A DNA stretch of 64,000 bases from Amoebidium appalachense (GCA_963693365.1 CAVNZM010000004.1:14196524-14260523), one strand, 5' to 3'. Numbered from the stretch's first letter, positions 29,801 through 41,099 are shown. Notes: generated by a model not told the origin, from the sequence alone. A program made the numbers and translations.

Positions 29801-32800
29801 AGTAAGGCACACGCGGCCAGGTTACTATTTAATGTGCTCGTTCAGAGTGATCCCCCGTACTGGGACGGCTTGTTTATATAGCCCCCAGGTTCCGGATCAT
29901 CTGGATGGGTGGCATTGATGCCTTCGTGACTTCTGACCAGTCAGAAGAGTGCGGTCGTCTTTATGTGCACACAGTGCACCAATAACATGAAGCTAACTAA
30001 AAGGATAACTTTGTGGCAAATGATTGGTCAATACTTAAGCCCGTTTAGGTTTATGCAACTGGGTCTGATTTCCTTATTGGTTCCGTTCGTTTAGCTATAG
30101 ATGTCGCCTCCGTAGTGGATGAGACTTGCATTCCTATCCTAGCGGTTCTCGAATTCTATTGGTTCATACTGACTGCACGGCCACTGCATATTGCCGGCGC
30201 CGCGGCTCAGTCGTGAGCCGCAACCCGCGGCTGTCGCGTGTGATATTGATCTGATCATATGTACACAATATCTACGTGATCACTATGATATGTACAGTAT
30301 ATTCGTAATAGTAAACATGTACGGCGTGTACAGATGTTTACATACGTGTACGTGCCCATCATGGCCAACAGCAAGATCAAGTCCTGCCGTATACGCCACT
30401 ACGTCAAGAATGCCGGTGCACCAGCAGCCCCCGTGCCCATGCGGGTGGATGGTGATGGTGATGGTGATGGTGCCGATGGCCATGGCCATGGCCACGATGG
30501 CAATGACCATGGTGATGGCCATGGTGATGTGCAGCAGCAGCAGCCGGCAGCAGCAGCAGCATGCACTGGCCGGAAGAGGAGGCACGGGGGGCAGAGGGGG
30601 GACGGCAGCCGCACGACGGTGGTGGAGCTGACGTTCGTGGACACCCTCAACTTCCTCACCATGTCGCTGTCGGACGCAGGCAAGGCCATGGGGTGCCAGG
30701 AGACGAAGGGCCACTTCCCCCACCATGCAGCCACCTTTGCCAACTTCAAGGCCGGCCACATCCCCTTCCCCGGGCCCGAGGACTTTGGGGCCCAGGACAT
30801 GAAGCCCAAGCAGCATGCTGCCTTCATGCAGTGGTGGCGGGAGGAGCAGGCACGGCTGCAGGGGCAGGCACCGGCGGGCACGTGCTACGACATTGCCCAG
30901 CAGTGCGAGGACTACTGTGTCAAGGACGTGGTGCTGCTGCAGCAGGTGGTCAAGGCCTTCATGTCGAAACTCATCGTGCTGACGGGCATCGACCCCTTCA
31001 CGTGCGTCACCCTTGCTTCCCTCGCCATGCACTTCTGGATCACGCAGGCCATGCCCAAGGACGTGGCCGTGATGCGTGACCAGACCATGGGCAACGTGAA
31101 CAGCAGCAAGAAGGAGCAGGAGTACATCGACTACGTCACCCACGGCCTGGGGGTGGGGCCAGACGACGTTGCACGGCACGTGGCCACCGGGTACGGCCCC
31201 CACGGCAGGGCCACGGCCGATGCCAAGGCCACCCACGACGACGGCACGTGCACCTACTACTTCTTCCACGGGTGCGTGTTCCATGGGTGCCCCGACTGCA
31301 ACCGGCACGAGGATCTGACGATGAGGGTGGTGAAGAGGCCGGCCAGGGAGGCCTACGACAGCACCATGGCCCACGAGAGGTACATCCGTGCCCAGGGCCA
31401 CAAGGTGCAGAGCATGTGGGAGTGCAGGTGGGACAGGCTGAGGCAGAGCCCCGAGGTCAAGGCTGCACTTGCGGCACAGGCGGCACGGAGGGAGGGCGCC
31501 GGCAGGGTGGCCCCCGTGCCCACGGGCCCGGTGCAGTTCCGTGATGCCTTCTTTGGTGGCCGTACGGAGGTCATCACCCGTCACATCGAGGTGAAGGAGG
31601 AGGACTGGCCGGAGGCAGGCCTCAAGTACGTCGACGTCACCTCCCTCTACCCGTACGTGATGATTGACAAGTACATGCCGGTGGGCAAGTCACAGTGGTT
31701 CACGTCACTGCCCATCAAGACGGAGGACCACCCCACGGCCATCGTCACTGACGCCCGGGTGCTGAAGGAGAGGCTCGACAAGACGTGCCGTATGACCCCC
31801 GGCTCCCCCCAGGCCAGGACCAAGGGGTACTTTGGTGTTGCACGTGTGAGGGTGCTCCCCCCCCAGGGACCTGTTCATCCCCGTGCTGCCTGTGCGTATG
31901 ACGGGTGCCCAGGGGTACGACAAGCTGGGCTTTGTGCTGTGCCGGGCCTGCAGCAGCAAGGAGGAGGCCCGGGCCACCTGCATGGACGAGGACGGCAACC
32001 CCAGGGTACGTGAGCACACACTGTGCACACACACGGACGAGGAGAGGGCACTGGTGGGCACGTGGACGACGGAGGAGCTGAAGGTGGCCGTGCGTGATGG
32101 GTACACCATCCTCGACGTGTACGACGTGGTGCACTTCAAGAAACGCACCAAGAACCTCTTCCGGAAGTACGTGCAGACGTTCCTGAAGGTGAAGCTCACC
32201 AGCACCACCGTAGATCCGGCCGACATCCCCGCCCTCGTGCACCTGTTCAAGGAGCACTACGGCATCACGGTGGCCGCCCACGAGTTCGAGCCCAACCCGG
32301 CCCTGCGTACCATCAGCAACCTGTTTCTGAACAGCCTCTGGGGCAAGCTGGTGCAGAGGGCAGGGCTGGACACCATCGAGTTTGTCGACGACGTCGACCG
32401 GCTGAGGCTGCTGGTGACGAACCCCAACCTGCTGGTGCTCGACGTCGAGCCCATCGGCGAGCAGAGGGTGGCCATCAAGTACCGGCCCAAGAAGGAGACG
32501 GCCCCACCCCCCTCCTACGCCAACATCGCCATCGGCACGTACGTGACGGCCCATGCCCGGCTGCACCTCTACGGGGCCCTCCGGTCCCTCTCCCCCCAGC
32601 AGGTGGTGTACATGGACACCGACTCCATCGTCTACCACTACGACAGCAGGGTGCCCCACCTCAGCCACAACATCGACTCCACCAACGGGGACTTGCTGGG
32701 CAACTGGAAGAACGAGACGTCGACACCCATCGTCGAGTTTGTGGGGGTGGCCCCCAAGACGTATGCCTACCGCACCCAGGACGGCAAGACCGACGTGAAG

Positions 32801-33082
32801 GTCAAGGGCATCACCCTGTCCCGCCGGGCGGTCGACATTGTGAACCTCCCCAGCCTGCGCATGCTGGTGCACGGCGAGCTGCCGAGTGTGAGCGTCACCA
32901 ACCACCGGCTGCTGCGGGAGCCCGTGCCCGGGGTCCCCCACAACTACCACCTGGCCAGCAAGGACCAGCGCAAGACACAGTCGGGGGCGTTCGACAAGAG
33001 GGGGGTGTTCGAGGCGGCCGACGGCAGTGTACGCAGCTACCCCATCGGGTGGGCGGCACCGGAGGGGGCCCTGCAGTTTTGA
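26830..33082 (+). pseudogene. Protein-primed DNA polymerase B (~1880 aa reconstructed) with OTU-like N-terminal region, Zn motifs and inserted Vsr-like nuclease; split by a solo LTR and frameshifts
   Basis: Exo I IVLDFET, Exo II HNGSGFDFHF, FVDTLNFL..SL, KGHFPH, Exo III YCVKDV, FFGGRTE, motif A YVDVTSLYP, motif B LFLNSLWGK, motif C YMDTDS, PKTY, KVKGI. Removing the LTR at 29733-30342 restores QDYVYVPIMANSKI; +1 indels near 29085, 29135, 29225 and 31860. Confidence 0.95.
29733..30342 (-). mobile_element. Solo LTR (family D-related), 610 bp, inside pPolB
   Basis: TGTAAACA...TGTTTACA termini, 5-bp TSD TACGT; ends are similar to the reverse complement of the LTRs at 42946 and 46057. Confidence 0.93.
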
Positions 33083-33535
33083 GTGGGGGAGGGGTAGGGG
33101 GAGGGAGGGGGGTTAGTTAGGAGGTAGTCTAGCAGTGAAAAATTATGTGGTGTGTTTGTTAACTTAGCATTAGAAGAAAGAAAAATGGGGTGCAGGGTGC
33201 ACGGGCAGGGGGGTCACCGGCAGAAGATGAAAAAGATGGTGTTTTTAGGCATACACCACGTGCACCGTATGCACGAGGGGAGGCAGCCAATAAATTCAGA
33301 GCTCAATGCAAAACCAAGCATGTCCAATGTGTCCTTCGGCAAAAGCAACACCAACACCGGAACCATACACGTGTACAAGGGCGGGAGGCTTGCCAAAAAG
33401 AGCAGGCACCAGCACATATAAAAGGCACACACGTGTGCACAGACACGTCACTTTTTTCCAACACAAAAACAGTCAACATTACGAATTAGGTGAACTTCGG
33501 CCGAAACACACACACACACACTGACACGGAAAAAA

Positions 33536-34420
33536 ATGGACGAAGACACGTTGCTAAGTATGGTGGCAGACACCACGGACCCTGAGAAGCTGCTAGACCT
33601 GTGCCCCTTCCTCTACGACATGTACTGCAACACCACCACACAGCCACGGCCACGGCCACAGACACAAGGGTGCTGGTGGGCATACTGCAAGGAGAGGGAG
33701 ACGTGCACGGGGGAACACGACGAATACGAGCACGACGGAGGGGACCAGGAGTACGTGTACGAGGGGAGGGGGGAGGGAGGGGGGAGGGGGAGGGGGAGGG
33801 GGGAGGAGGAGGACTGGGTGTACGACGGGAGGGGGTGGGAGGGCAGCGACGGGGAGGGGAGGAAGACGTATGAGGGGTGCACGGCCTTCTGGGACAGAAA
33901 GAGGTCACTGCCATACAGACACATTAACCACTTCAAGCAGCTGCTGCAGTCGGTGCAGGGCCTGAATGCGAGTATGGGTGACATGCAGGAGGGGGTGGTG
34001 GCAGCATTCAGGGGCGTGCAAGGCATAGAGAACGCCGACCAGGCAAGGAGGGTGCTGAGACAGAACAAACTCACCCAACACTACACACGCGTGCCTTACA
34101 TACTTAACAGGTTGTACGGGCACCCCCTCCCCAGGTTTACGTGCGAGCAGTTGGAGGTCTTGACGGGCATGCTTAAGTTTTGCTTGTCGTGGCACCGGAG
34201 ACACAAGGAGGACACACGGAAGAACTTTGTGGGGTACCCCTTCCTGTTGGTGAAAATGGTAGGGTTAGTGCGTGGTATGGACGCGGGAGTAATAGCCAGG
34301 CTGGTGCCCACGGTCAAAAGCAAAGTGACTAGAGTAAAGAGTGATAGGGTGTGGGCACGGCTGGAGAGGGACCTTAAAAACTACCACATGCTAGTGGAAC
34401 ATAACATGTTCTGCCTGTAG
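33536..34420 (+). CDS. Poxvirus VLTF3-like late transcription factor
   Basis: YRHINHFKQLLQSVQG, RRVLRQNKLTQHYTRVPYILNRL, RKNFVGYPFLLVK, VKSK...DRVWARL..DL match the VLTF3 family pattern; upstream CCAAT (~33287) and TATAAAA (~33417). Confidence 0.88.
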   Translation: MDEDTLLSMVADTTDPEKLLDLCPFLYDMYCNTTTQPRPRPQTQGCWWAYCKERETCTGEHDEYEHDGGDQEYVYEGRGEGGGRGRGRGEEEDWVYDGRGWEGSDGEGRKTYEGCTAFWDRKRSLPYRHINHFKQLLQSVQGLNASMGDMQEGVVAAFRGVQGIENADQARRVLRQNKLTQHYTRVPYILNRLYGHPLPRFTCEQLEVLTGMLKFCLSWHRRHKEDTRKNFVGYPFLLVKMVGLVRGMDAGVIARLVPTVKSKVTRVKSDRVWARLERDLKNYHMLVEHNMFCL

Positions 34421-34549
34421 GCGGGTAGCCAGGTGCTACCTGCTCTGCATTTAGAGACAACACTGCACAATAGAATGGGTTGTGGCAGGCGTGGGGCGGT
34501 AGTGGGGGTGTGCCAGCACGTGCCCACACTACCGTCGACCCGCCCAGGT

Positions 34550-34741
34550 TTATTTGAACACCACAGGTGCCGTACGAATGGGTCTGTTGGCGTTGACGCC
34601 GGACAGTTTTACGGTGTAGGCCAGGGGACGTTGCCGAAAGTCCCGTATGGTGGACACGTCCATGACATTCAGGTTGTTGTTCTGTTCCGGGAAGATAAAC
34701 GGCCTCTTGCGTGTGGGGGGCCCGCCGGGGTTGAGCTCCAT
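34550..34741 (-). CDS. Small hypothetical viral protein (63 aa)
   Basis: Tightly packed ORF in the minus-strand structural cluster, preceded by AAATATTGTGTG motif. Confidence 0.55.
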   Translation of the reverse strand: MELNPGGPPTRKRPFIFPEQNNNLNVMDVSTIRDFRQRPLAYTVKLSGVNANRPIRTAPVVFK

Positions 34742-34780
34742 GATGCTGCTGCAGGCTGTTTACACTAGCACACACAATAT

Positions 34781-35002
34781 TTAAAAGTTTTGGAAGGAGC
34801 TCTGGTCGGCGGCCACGGGCCACGGTGTGTAGGTGGGGGGTCTGGGCCTCATGGTCCCCCCTGGCCCCTCGACGACGTTGCCCGGGCCGTAGAACGGGCG
34901 GGTCTGTGGTGCGGGTCGGGCGCGGTAGGGTAGGGGTACGGGGAGGGGTGCCAGCGGGTGGGGCAAAGCGTGCATGCGCATGTGCTCGGTGCTGTGTGCC
35001 AT
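34781..35002 (-). CDS. Small Pro/Arg-rich hypothetical viral protein (73 aa)
   Basis: Fills the gap between neighbouring ORFs with a good start context. Confidence 0.5.
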   Translation of the reverse strand: MAHSTEHMRMHALPHPLAPLPVPLPYRARPAPQTRPFYGPGNVVEGPGGTMRPRPPTYTPWPVAADQSSFQNF

Positions 35003-35033
35003 GTCTGCCGCCGCTGCTGCCTAATGACGTAGA

Positions 35034-37831
35034 TTATTTGCCGGCACCCTTCTTCCTCTTGGCCGTGTTCTTCTTCTTCTTCTTCTTCTTCTCCTTGCTG
35101 GCTGTCTTGGTACGGTACACCCCACGGGCAGACTTAGGGACCGGGCCGCCCTCGACATACCCGGCGGCATGGCTGGCCGGCACAACCCCTGGCCTGTGCA
35201 CGTGTGCATGCACGTGCGGGTGGTGTGGGTGCCTGGGCATGTCCCCCCTCCCGTAGTCGGCATGATGGTGCACGGCCGCTGCCAGCCCAGGGGTGGCTGT
35301 GGGTGAAGGGGCACCGGTGGGGGTGGGCACGAGGAAGCTCGGACCATGTGGCCACGTGGGGGTGCCTGTGGGGGTGGGGTGAGCAGTAGCCGTGGCTGTT
35401 GGCGTGTACGGTAGGCGTGGTACGTCAGTGTTGTTGCCTTTGGTAGCAACCTTCAGCATGTGCAGAGCTACCCCCAATGCTACCTTCTGGAGTTCTTCGA
35501 GGGTGTCACGGTTCCCCAACACGGCCTCTTGCAGGTTCGGGCCACCGCCACCAACACCGCCGTCAGCAATAGCCGGCGGGCCACCGTCACCATGGTGGCC
35601 CCTTACCACGTTGCCCAGAAGCTGGCGTGCTGCCCCCATGAACACCCCCCTCACGTAGGAGGCCACGGCAGGGTGGTCCCACCCCGTCTGGTCCTCCCTC
35701 ACCCGCCTTGTGAACTCCTCCGGGCTCTCCCGCCCGAGCATGTCAAGGTGTTCCCGCAACCCCTGCCAAAAGGGACTCAGCACCCCCTCCTCGTCGGGTC
35801 GGGCGGGGGACGTGGGGGGTCTCCACACGGCGGCAGCACCCCCTGTTTGCGAGACCGCCCTCTTGGTGCTTGGGTACGTCGTCACGTCACCGTCATAGCC
35901 GATGGCTGCTGGGGTGGGGCTGGGGCTGGGGGTGGGCGTGGTGGTGGTGGTGGTGGTGGGGCCGTCAATACCGAGGGGCAGGTCTGAAAGCTTCCCCCCT
36001 CGCACACGGTACTCATACAGGGCCTGCCTCGAGGCCTTGGGCTCTTCCTTCTTGAGTCCCCAAGCTACAAATTTGATGGCTTGGTACGGGGCGAAACCCT
36101 GCAGAGCTTGATAATACTCGGGGTGTTTGTCCAACAACTCTTTCTCAAAGTCCCACATGGGCTCCTGGAACTCGTAATTGGCTGGTGCCAGAGCGTTTGC
36201 GACGTCCAAGAGCGTGACGTTGGACAAGGGTAGTTTCATTTTCCACACATCCAGCTCGTTGGTGGGCGTCGGTGTAGGTGTGACTGTGGGGTGGGCCTGG
36301 GACTCGGGCGTTGGGGGCGCAGGCACGAGGGGGAAGGCTTCGGCCCAAATTTGCAACGGCCACCCGCCAGACTTTGGCGGCCGTGGGGGTATCATGGCCG
36401 GCGGGTCGGGTCCACGGTAGGCAGGAGACTGGGGGTACGGCGTTGGTGCCGGTTGTAGTGGTGGGGGGAAGGGTATGGCCGGGGCAGTCGGCCTCCGCCG
36501 TGGCCCGTTACGACCCATGGGCAGGCCGGCACCGTTCCCTTTGGCGGGCGACTGTGGCGGGGGTTGAACCGTCTGCGGCGGGAAGGGTATGGGTGGTCCG
36601 TCCGGCTTGGCCGGCAGGTGGGGGGCCATGGGGGTCTGTGGGTTGAGCTCCGGGGGGAAGGGCACGGGGGTGGCCGGTTCTTTGGGTGCCTTCCAATACA
36701 AGGACTCTGGCGGGGTGGGCATGGTGGGACCGGTCATATGGGGTGCCAAGACCCCCACATGGAGTGGGGAGGGGCGGTTGGGGTCGTTGCCGGCCAGGGT
36801 AACCGGCCGTGGACGTGGCCAGGCACTGGTCGTTGGCTCATCGTCGTCGTCGTCGTCATCGGGAGGCGTGTGTAGAGGTTGTACCGGGGCTACGGTGGGT
36901 CCGTGGGCTACCGCAGGCTCCACAACGTCGACGTGCTTGCTTGCCACGGCCACCGGCAGTGACCCAGGACGGGTTGTGCTGGTCCGTGTCACCGGCAGAC
37001 CGGTGCCTTTCCCTTTGCCGGGCACCCTCGACCGGTCTGGCTTGGACGTCGGGAGGGGCCGGCCCGTCGAGGGGGGAAAGGGTATGGGTGGACCGTTGGG
37101 CTTGGCCGGCAGGTGGGGTGCCGTGGGAGTCTGTGGGTCAAGCTCTGGGGGGAAGGCCACGGGGACACGGGGCGGGGGAGGCACCTCCCATTTCAGGGAC
37201 TCTGGCGGGGTGGGCATGGTGGGGCCGGCCACATGGGGCGCCAGGGGCCCGAAGGAGGGTGCAGGCTCGTTATGGGGCCGGCGGCGTGGTGCGTTTGGGG
37301 CAGGGGTTTTGGGCGGTGGAGGTGGCTTGGGAGGTGGGGGGGTACGGTATGGCCGGAGCCCGGCCCGGGGGTGTGGCCGGGACAGGTGGGGGGAGGGGGT
37401 GGGGTCGGCAGGGGGGCCACGTCGGGCAAGGGGGGCGGAGGTGCCCTAGGTCTGTTCCACACGTACGTGCTACCGTACTTGTCCTCAAAGTGCTCATAGC
37501 CAGGGTGGTAGGCTACGTCTACCTTCACCACCTCCGGCAACCGACCACCCCACCGCTCCAGTGGCTGGTTGGGGTCCAGATATGTGTGGGCCTTCTTGAA
37601 AAATGCCTCAACCCCACCCCTGACCAACGCCTTGTAGCTATGTCGGAGTAGTGAAAGTTTGGGAGTCCCAAAGTACCCAACGGTGGTCTCCCGCCACTTG
37701 CCTGAATGCACGTCTTCCGGGTACTGGTACTTGACAGTGTACCTGCCCAGGGGCCAAACCCTACTCGTCTCAGAGTCCAAGTCATCAGCATGCCCATGAG
37801 GCTGCTGCACGTTGGGGGACATGGTGGACAC
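35034..37831 (-). CDS. Large proline-rich viral protein (~930 aa, one apparent frameshift) with internal duplication and Lys-rich tail
   Basis: ORFs 37193-37831 and 35034-37232 overlap across C-runs; two ~57-aa repeats (GPTMPTPPESL.W...PHLPAKP.GPPIPFPP); C-terminal KEKKKKKKKNTAKRKK. Confidence 0.7.
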
Positions 37832-37855
37832 GGTGTTGTTGTAAACTGGTGTTTA

Positions 37856-38233
37856 TTATTTCGCAGCGTACTGCGCCATGGGTTGCCGGGCAAAGCTGCC
37901 CTGGGGGTCACTGCTGTGCCCCACCCTCACGGGCGTAAAGTCGACATAGTAGGACTTGCTGTTGAGGGGGAGCCCCCTGCTGCCCAGACCGCTCCTGCCG
38001 GGCATGGAGGGCACGTGGTTGTCGGTGGGCAGGTTGTTGAAGGTCGGCAGCCGGCTGAAGGGCACACCGTACACGCCGGCCTGGAAGGCGGCGTCCGTGT
38101 GCCGTGCCCGGTAGGGGGCCGCGTGGGCAGCCTCGTACTCGGCCTCGGGTGCCAGCTTGTAGCCGTACACGGCCGCCTGCGTGGGTGTGGGCGCCAGTGG
38201 AATACCGTTGACGTTGGCCATGGCCGCGTTCAT
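37856..38233 (-). CDS. Hypothetical viral protein (~125 aa) just downstream of the MCP
   Basis: Packed ORF with viral codon usage, preceded by CAAATTGTGTG. Confidence 0.65.
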   Translation of the reverse strand: MNAAMANVNGIPLAPTPTQAAVYGYKLAPEAEYEAAHAAPYRARHTDAAFQAGVYGVPFSRLPTFNNLPTDNHVPSMPGRSGLGSRGLPLNSKSYYVDFTPVRVGHSSDPQGSFARQPMAQYAAK

Positions 38234-38276
38234 ACTTGCTAGGTGGCCCACACAATTTGCACCTTTGAGTTCAAAG

Positions 38277-40016
38277 TTAAGCCTCCACCGTCACCTCACG
38301 GGCACCGGACAGCACCAGCACGTTCTCGTGGTGCACGAAGGTGTCGAGGGTCAGGTCGTCCTGAACCGTGGGTTCCCCGACCCCGGCGGAGAACTTTTCC
38401 GTGTTCAGGTGCAGCAGAATGGGGGTGGCGTCGGAGCTGGTGTCGAGCCCGGAGTACAGGTCACGGTCCCTCTCGAGGTCCAGGGCGATCATGAACTGCT
38501 TGTCGGGCCAGGACGTGGAGTTGTACATGCAATCGGCCGTGACGTCACCCAAGAAGTAGAGGGCCTTAGCCAGCTCGGCCCATGCCTCGGCGCAGTTGTT
38601 CTTCGACACACGAATTTCGTCGAGGGGCTTCTGGTAGGGGCCTATCTTGATCTGGTAGCTCGTTATGTTGCTGCGTTCCGACCTAAACGACTCGTAGCCG
38701 GCCTGGGCCCACGTGTTGCCGTTACGAACGAGGGAGAGCAGGGACTTGACGTTTCTCCCCCGGAACGAAATGTGCAGGTCGGCAGGGCTGCCCCCCTTGA
38801 CGTAGCTCTGGAAGTGGGTGAACGTGCTGTAGGGAATGTACACGTTCTTCTCCATCAAGGCCTTTTCGAAGCCGGCCGTGTAGACGGCGTTCCACTCGAT
38901 GATTTCGCAGTGGAGGACGGGGTTGATGATCTCGTAGGCGACGTCCTTGAGCCAATTCTCGTTCTCGGTGGGCACGTACAACACTTGGTTTGCCTCACCC
39001 AACGACAGCTCGATCTGCACCTCCCCCATGTACGACAGCGGGAGGTACCGGCCGGACCGCATGAGGCCGAGCTTGAGCTGGTGAATGTAGGTGAAACCGT
39101 CGGTGGCGTCGATTTGGGCCTGGATGTTGGCCTGGTGGGGAGGCCACTTGGCGGCGCGGGCGGTGTAGTCGAGGAAGCGGTCGGCAGGAATGCCGTCCTT
39201 GCCCGGCAGCTTGTCGACATCGGGGGCAAACAGGGCCTCGTCGGGCAAGGGGTCCGTCCCCCTCGCCTTCTCGATGCCAAAGAGCTTTTTGAGGGGGTCG
39301 GGGTTGAAGCACGAGTACTGGGCGGCCGTGGTGGTGTTCCACTTGTCCGCATACTCCCAGTCGGCGTCCTGCGGGCTGTACGTCCCGTGCATGCGGCCGG
39401 CGGGGCTGTTGCCGTAGTCGGCCGACGACAGGAACCGTTCCAGGTTGATCATCAGGTGGTTGTAGCCTGAAATGTCCTCGACGGTGGTGCCGTTGATGGA
39501 CACACGGGCCCGTTCAAACGGTGCGGCCGAGGAGCAGAGGTGGCCCCCCATCATGGCCATCCCCTCCAGGTTGCGGACCTTGAGGGGGAAAATGTCGGTT
39601 GCCGCCGCGTTGTTGTTGAGGGTGTTGTTGGCCAACGTCTCGCTCTGGGGCACGGTGGTGCCCTCGTAGTCCCTTATGGTGGTGTCGATCTCGAGGGGGT
39701 GGGCCAGCTGACCGGGGAGGGGGAACCTGCGCAGCCTCTCCACCTTCACGCCCACGTACTCGGGGGCGTTGGGCACGTTGGCCTTGAACTGGAACGTCAT
39801 GTAGGAGTTGAGACAGTCCAGGAAGCCCACGGCCGGCAGGGAGAACCGAATCACGCGCTGCCCCTTTGAGCTGTACGTCGAGCCGGTCACCGGGTAGGTC
39901 TTGACCGTCGACCGGCGGTTGATGTGGCTGAGCTCCACGGGCGAGTACGTGCCGGCGTCCGTCAGCTTGTGGTAGGCCATGTTGAGGGGCACGGAGGCGT
40001 CGTAGGGGGCTGCCAT
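38277..40016 (-). CDS. Double jelly-roll major capsid protein, PLV type (579 aa)
   Basis: IRFSLPAVGFLDCLNSYMTF, FERARVSINGTTVEDISGYN, RYLPLSYMGEVQIELSL, YEIINPVLHCEII, FMIALDLE, SGLDT follow the Polinton-like-virus MCP pattern; adjacent to the ATPase; ORF intact. Confidence 0.88.
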   Translation of the reverse strand: MAAPYDASVPLNMAYHKLTDAGTYSPVELSHINRRSTVKTYPVTGSTYSSKGQRVIRFSLPAVGFLDCLNSYMTFQFKANVPNAPEYVGVKVERLRRFPLPGQLAHPLEIDTTIRDYEGTTVPQSETLANNTLNNNAAATDIFPLKVRNLEGMAMMGGHLCSSAAPFERARVSINGTTVEDISGYNHLMINLERFLSSADYGNSPAGRMHGTYSPQDADWEYADKWNTTTAAQYSCFNPDPLKKLFGIEKARGTDPLPDEALFAPDVDKLPGKDGIPADRFLDYTARAAKWPPHQANIQAQIDATDGFTYIHQLKLGLMRSGRYLPLSYMGEVQIELSLGEANQVLYVPTENENWLKDVAYEIINPVLHCEIIEWNAVYTAGFEKALMEKNVYIPYSTFTHFQSYVKGGSPADLHISFRGRNVKSLLSLVRNGNTWAQAGYESFRSERSNITSYQIKIGPYQKPLDEIRVSKNNCAEAWAELAKALYFLGDVTADCMYNSTSWPDKQFMIALDLERDRDLYSGLDTSSDATPILLHLNTEKFSAGVGEPTVQDDLTLDTFVHHENVLVLSGAREVTVEA

Positions 40017-40057
40017 GTTGGTGGTGTGTTTACCTATGCCGTACATTTTTTTCGCCG

Positions 40058-40804
40058 TCACTGTCGCCGCCACCGTCGGACCCCCGGGGACCCCAGCACC
40101 ACCTCCTGTTCGAAATTTCGAAACATCCGCCCCTCGTTCAAGCGGATAAAGAGGAAGTCGTGCTTGCCCCGGTAGACCGTGTCCATCAATTCGAAAAATT
40201 GGGGGGTCTCGAGGGCGGGCAGGAACTCGTCCCGCAACACCTTGAGCTCGGTGTTGTTGGTGTTCTTGAAGTAGGCCAAGGCGTCAGCCTGGCTGCGCAG
40301 CTCGAGGGGTATCTTGTTGAGCTTCTGCCCGACCATCATCACCGACACACCAATGTGTCGGCGGTTCTGCGCCATGCGCACAAACTCGCGCAGGTTGCCC
40401 GACTTGCGAAAAATGTGGGACATGTCGTCAAACACCAGCAGCATGCGGTAGTTGGGGTTAACCTTCTTGTGCTGAAGCGACAGCATGAGAATCTCGGGGA
40501 GGAACGACACGTCCTGGTGCAGGCGGGCCTTGGGGATTTTCAGGGCCGTGCCCAGGGTGTGCATGCTCGGGCTGAAAATGTACACGCGGTCAAACAGTTT
40601 ATTGTAGAACTGACCCTCCCGGGCAATCAAGTTGACGAGCAGGTTGGACTTGCCGGACCCGGGCTGGCCAATGAGCAGGAAGAAGAACATGTTGTCCATC
40701 AACGGGTAGGGCACCCTCAGCTTGGTGTCGCACGTCATTGGTATGTGCTCCACCGAGAGGGGTGCGAGCAGGGGCTTGACGGCAATGGGCGGGGGCGGGT
40801 GCAT
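40058..40804 (-). CDS. A32/FtsK-like genome packaging ATPase
   Basis: Walker A GQPGSGKS, Walker B LLVFDD, RRHIGVSVMMVGQ motif; likely start MHPPPP at 40804. Confidence 0.92.
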   Translation of the reverse strand: MHPPPPIAVKPLLAPLSVEHIPMTCDTKLRVPYPLMDNMFFFLLIGQPGSGKSNLLVNLIAREGQFYNKLFDRVYIFSPSMHTLGTALKIPKARLHQDVSFLPEILMLSLQHKKVNPNYRMLLVFDDMSHIFRKSGNLREFVRMAQNRRHIGVSVMMVGQKLNKIPLELRSQADALAYFKNTNNTELKVLRDEFLPALETPQFFELMDTVYRGKHDFLFIRLNEGRMFRNFEQEVVLGSPGVRRWRRQ

Positions 40805-40838
40805 GATGGTGTCACTCTCACCCAACAGGCCCATAAAA

Positions 40839-41075
40839 TTAGTGCCTGCAGCCGTCCATTTGCACGTTGTAGACCGTGAAGTCGTCCAGGCACTTGAAGC
40901 TGCAGAGGTACATGGGCTCGTCACCCAGCCACGTCATGACGCACCCACAGTCAAAGTCGTAGCCCGGCCCCTCCTCCTGTGTCGCGCACTTGAACCAGTG
41001 CCCACAGTAGTCGCACGCGTGCTGCCATGGTTCGGCGTCCGTGTCGGATGCCGCCTTGGTTGTCGGGTTGGCCAT
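40839..41075 (-). CDS. Small zinc-finger protein (78 aa)
   Basis: CDYC...LCSFKCL, a TRASH/MYM-like CxxC...CSxxC pattern; preceded by AAAAAATGTGTG. Confidence 0.6.
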   Translation of the reverse strand: MANPTTKAASDTDAEPWQHACDYCGHWFKCATQEEGPGYDFDCGCVMTWLGDEPMYLCSFKCLDDFTVYNVQMDGCRH

Positions 41076-41099
41076 GTCGGTTGCCGTGTCTGTAATACG

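Noticed and set aside
38181-39470. Long antisense ORFs over MCP and pPolB (also 30283-31584, 31745-32950, 47063-48348)
   Set aside because: Shadow frames caused by GC-rich third codon positions of the real genes; no recognisable motifs.
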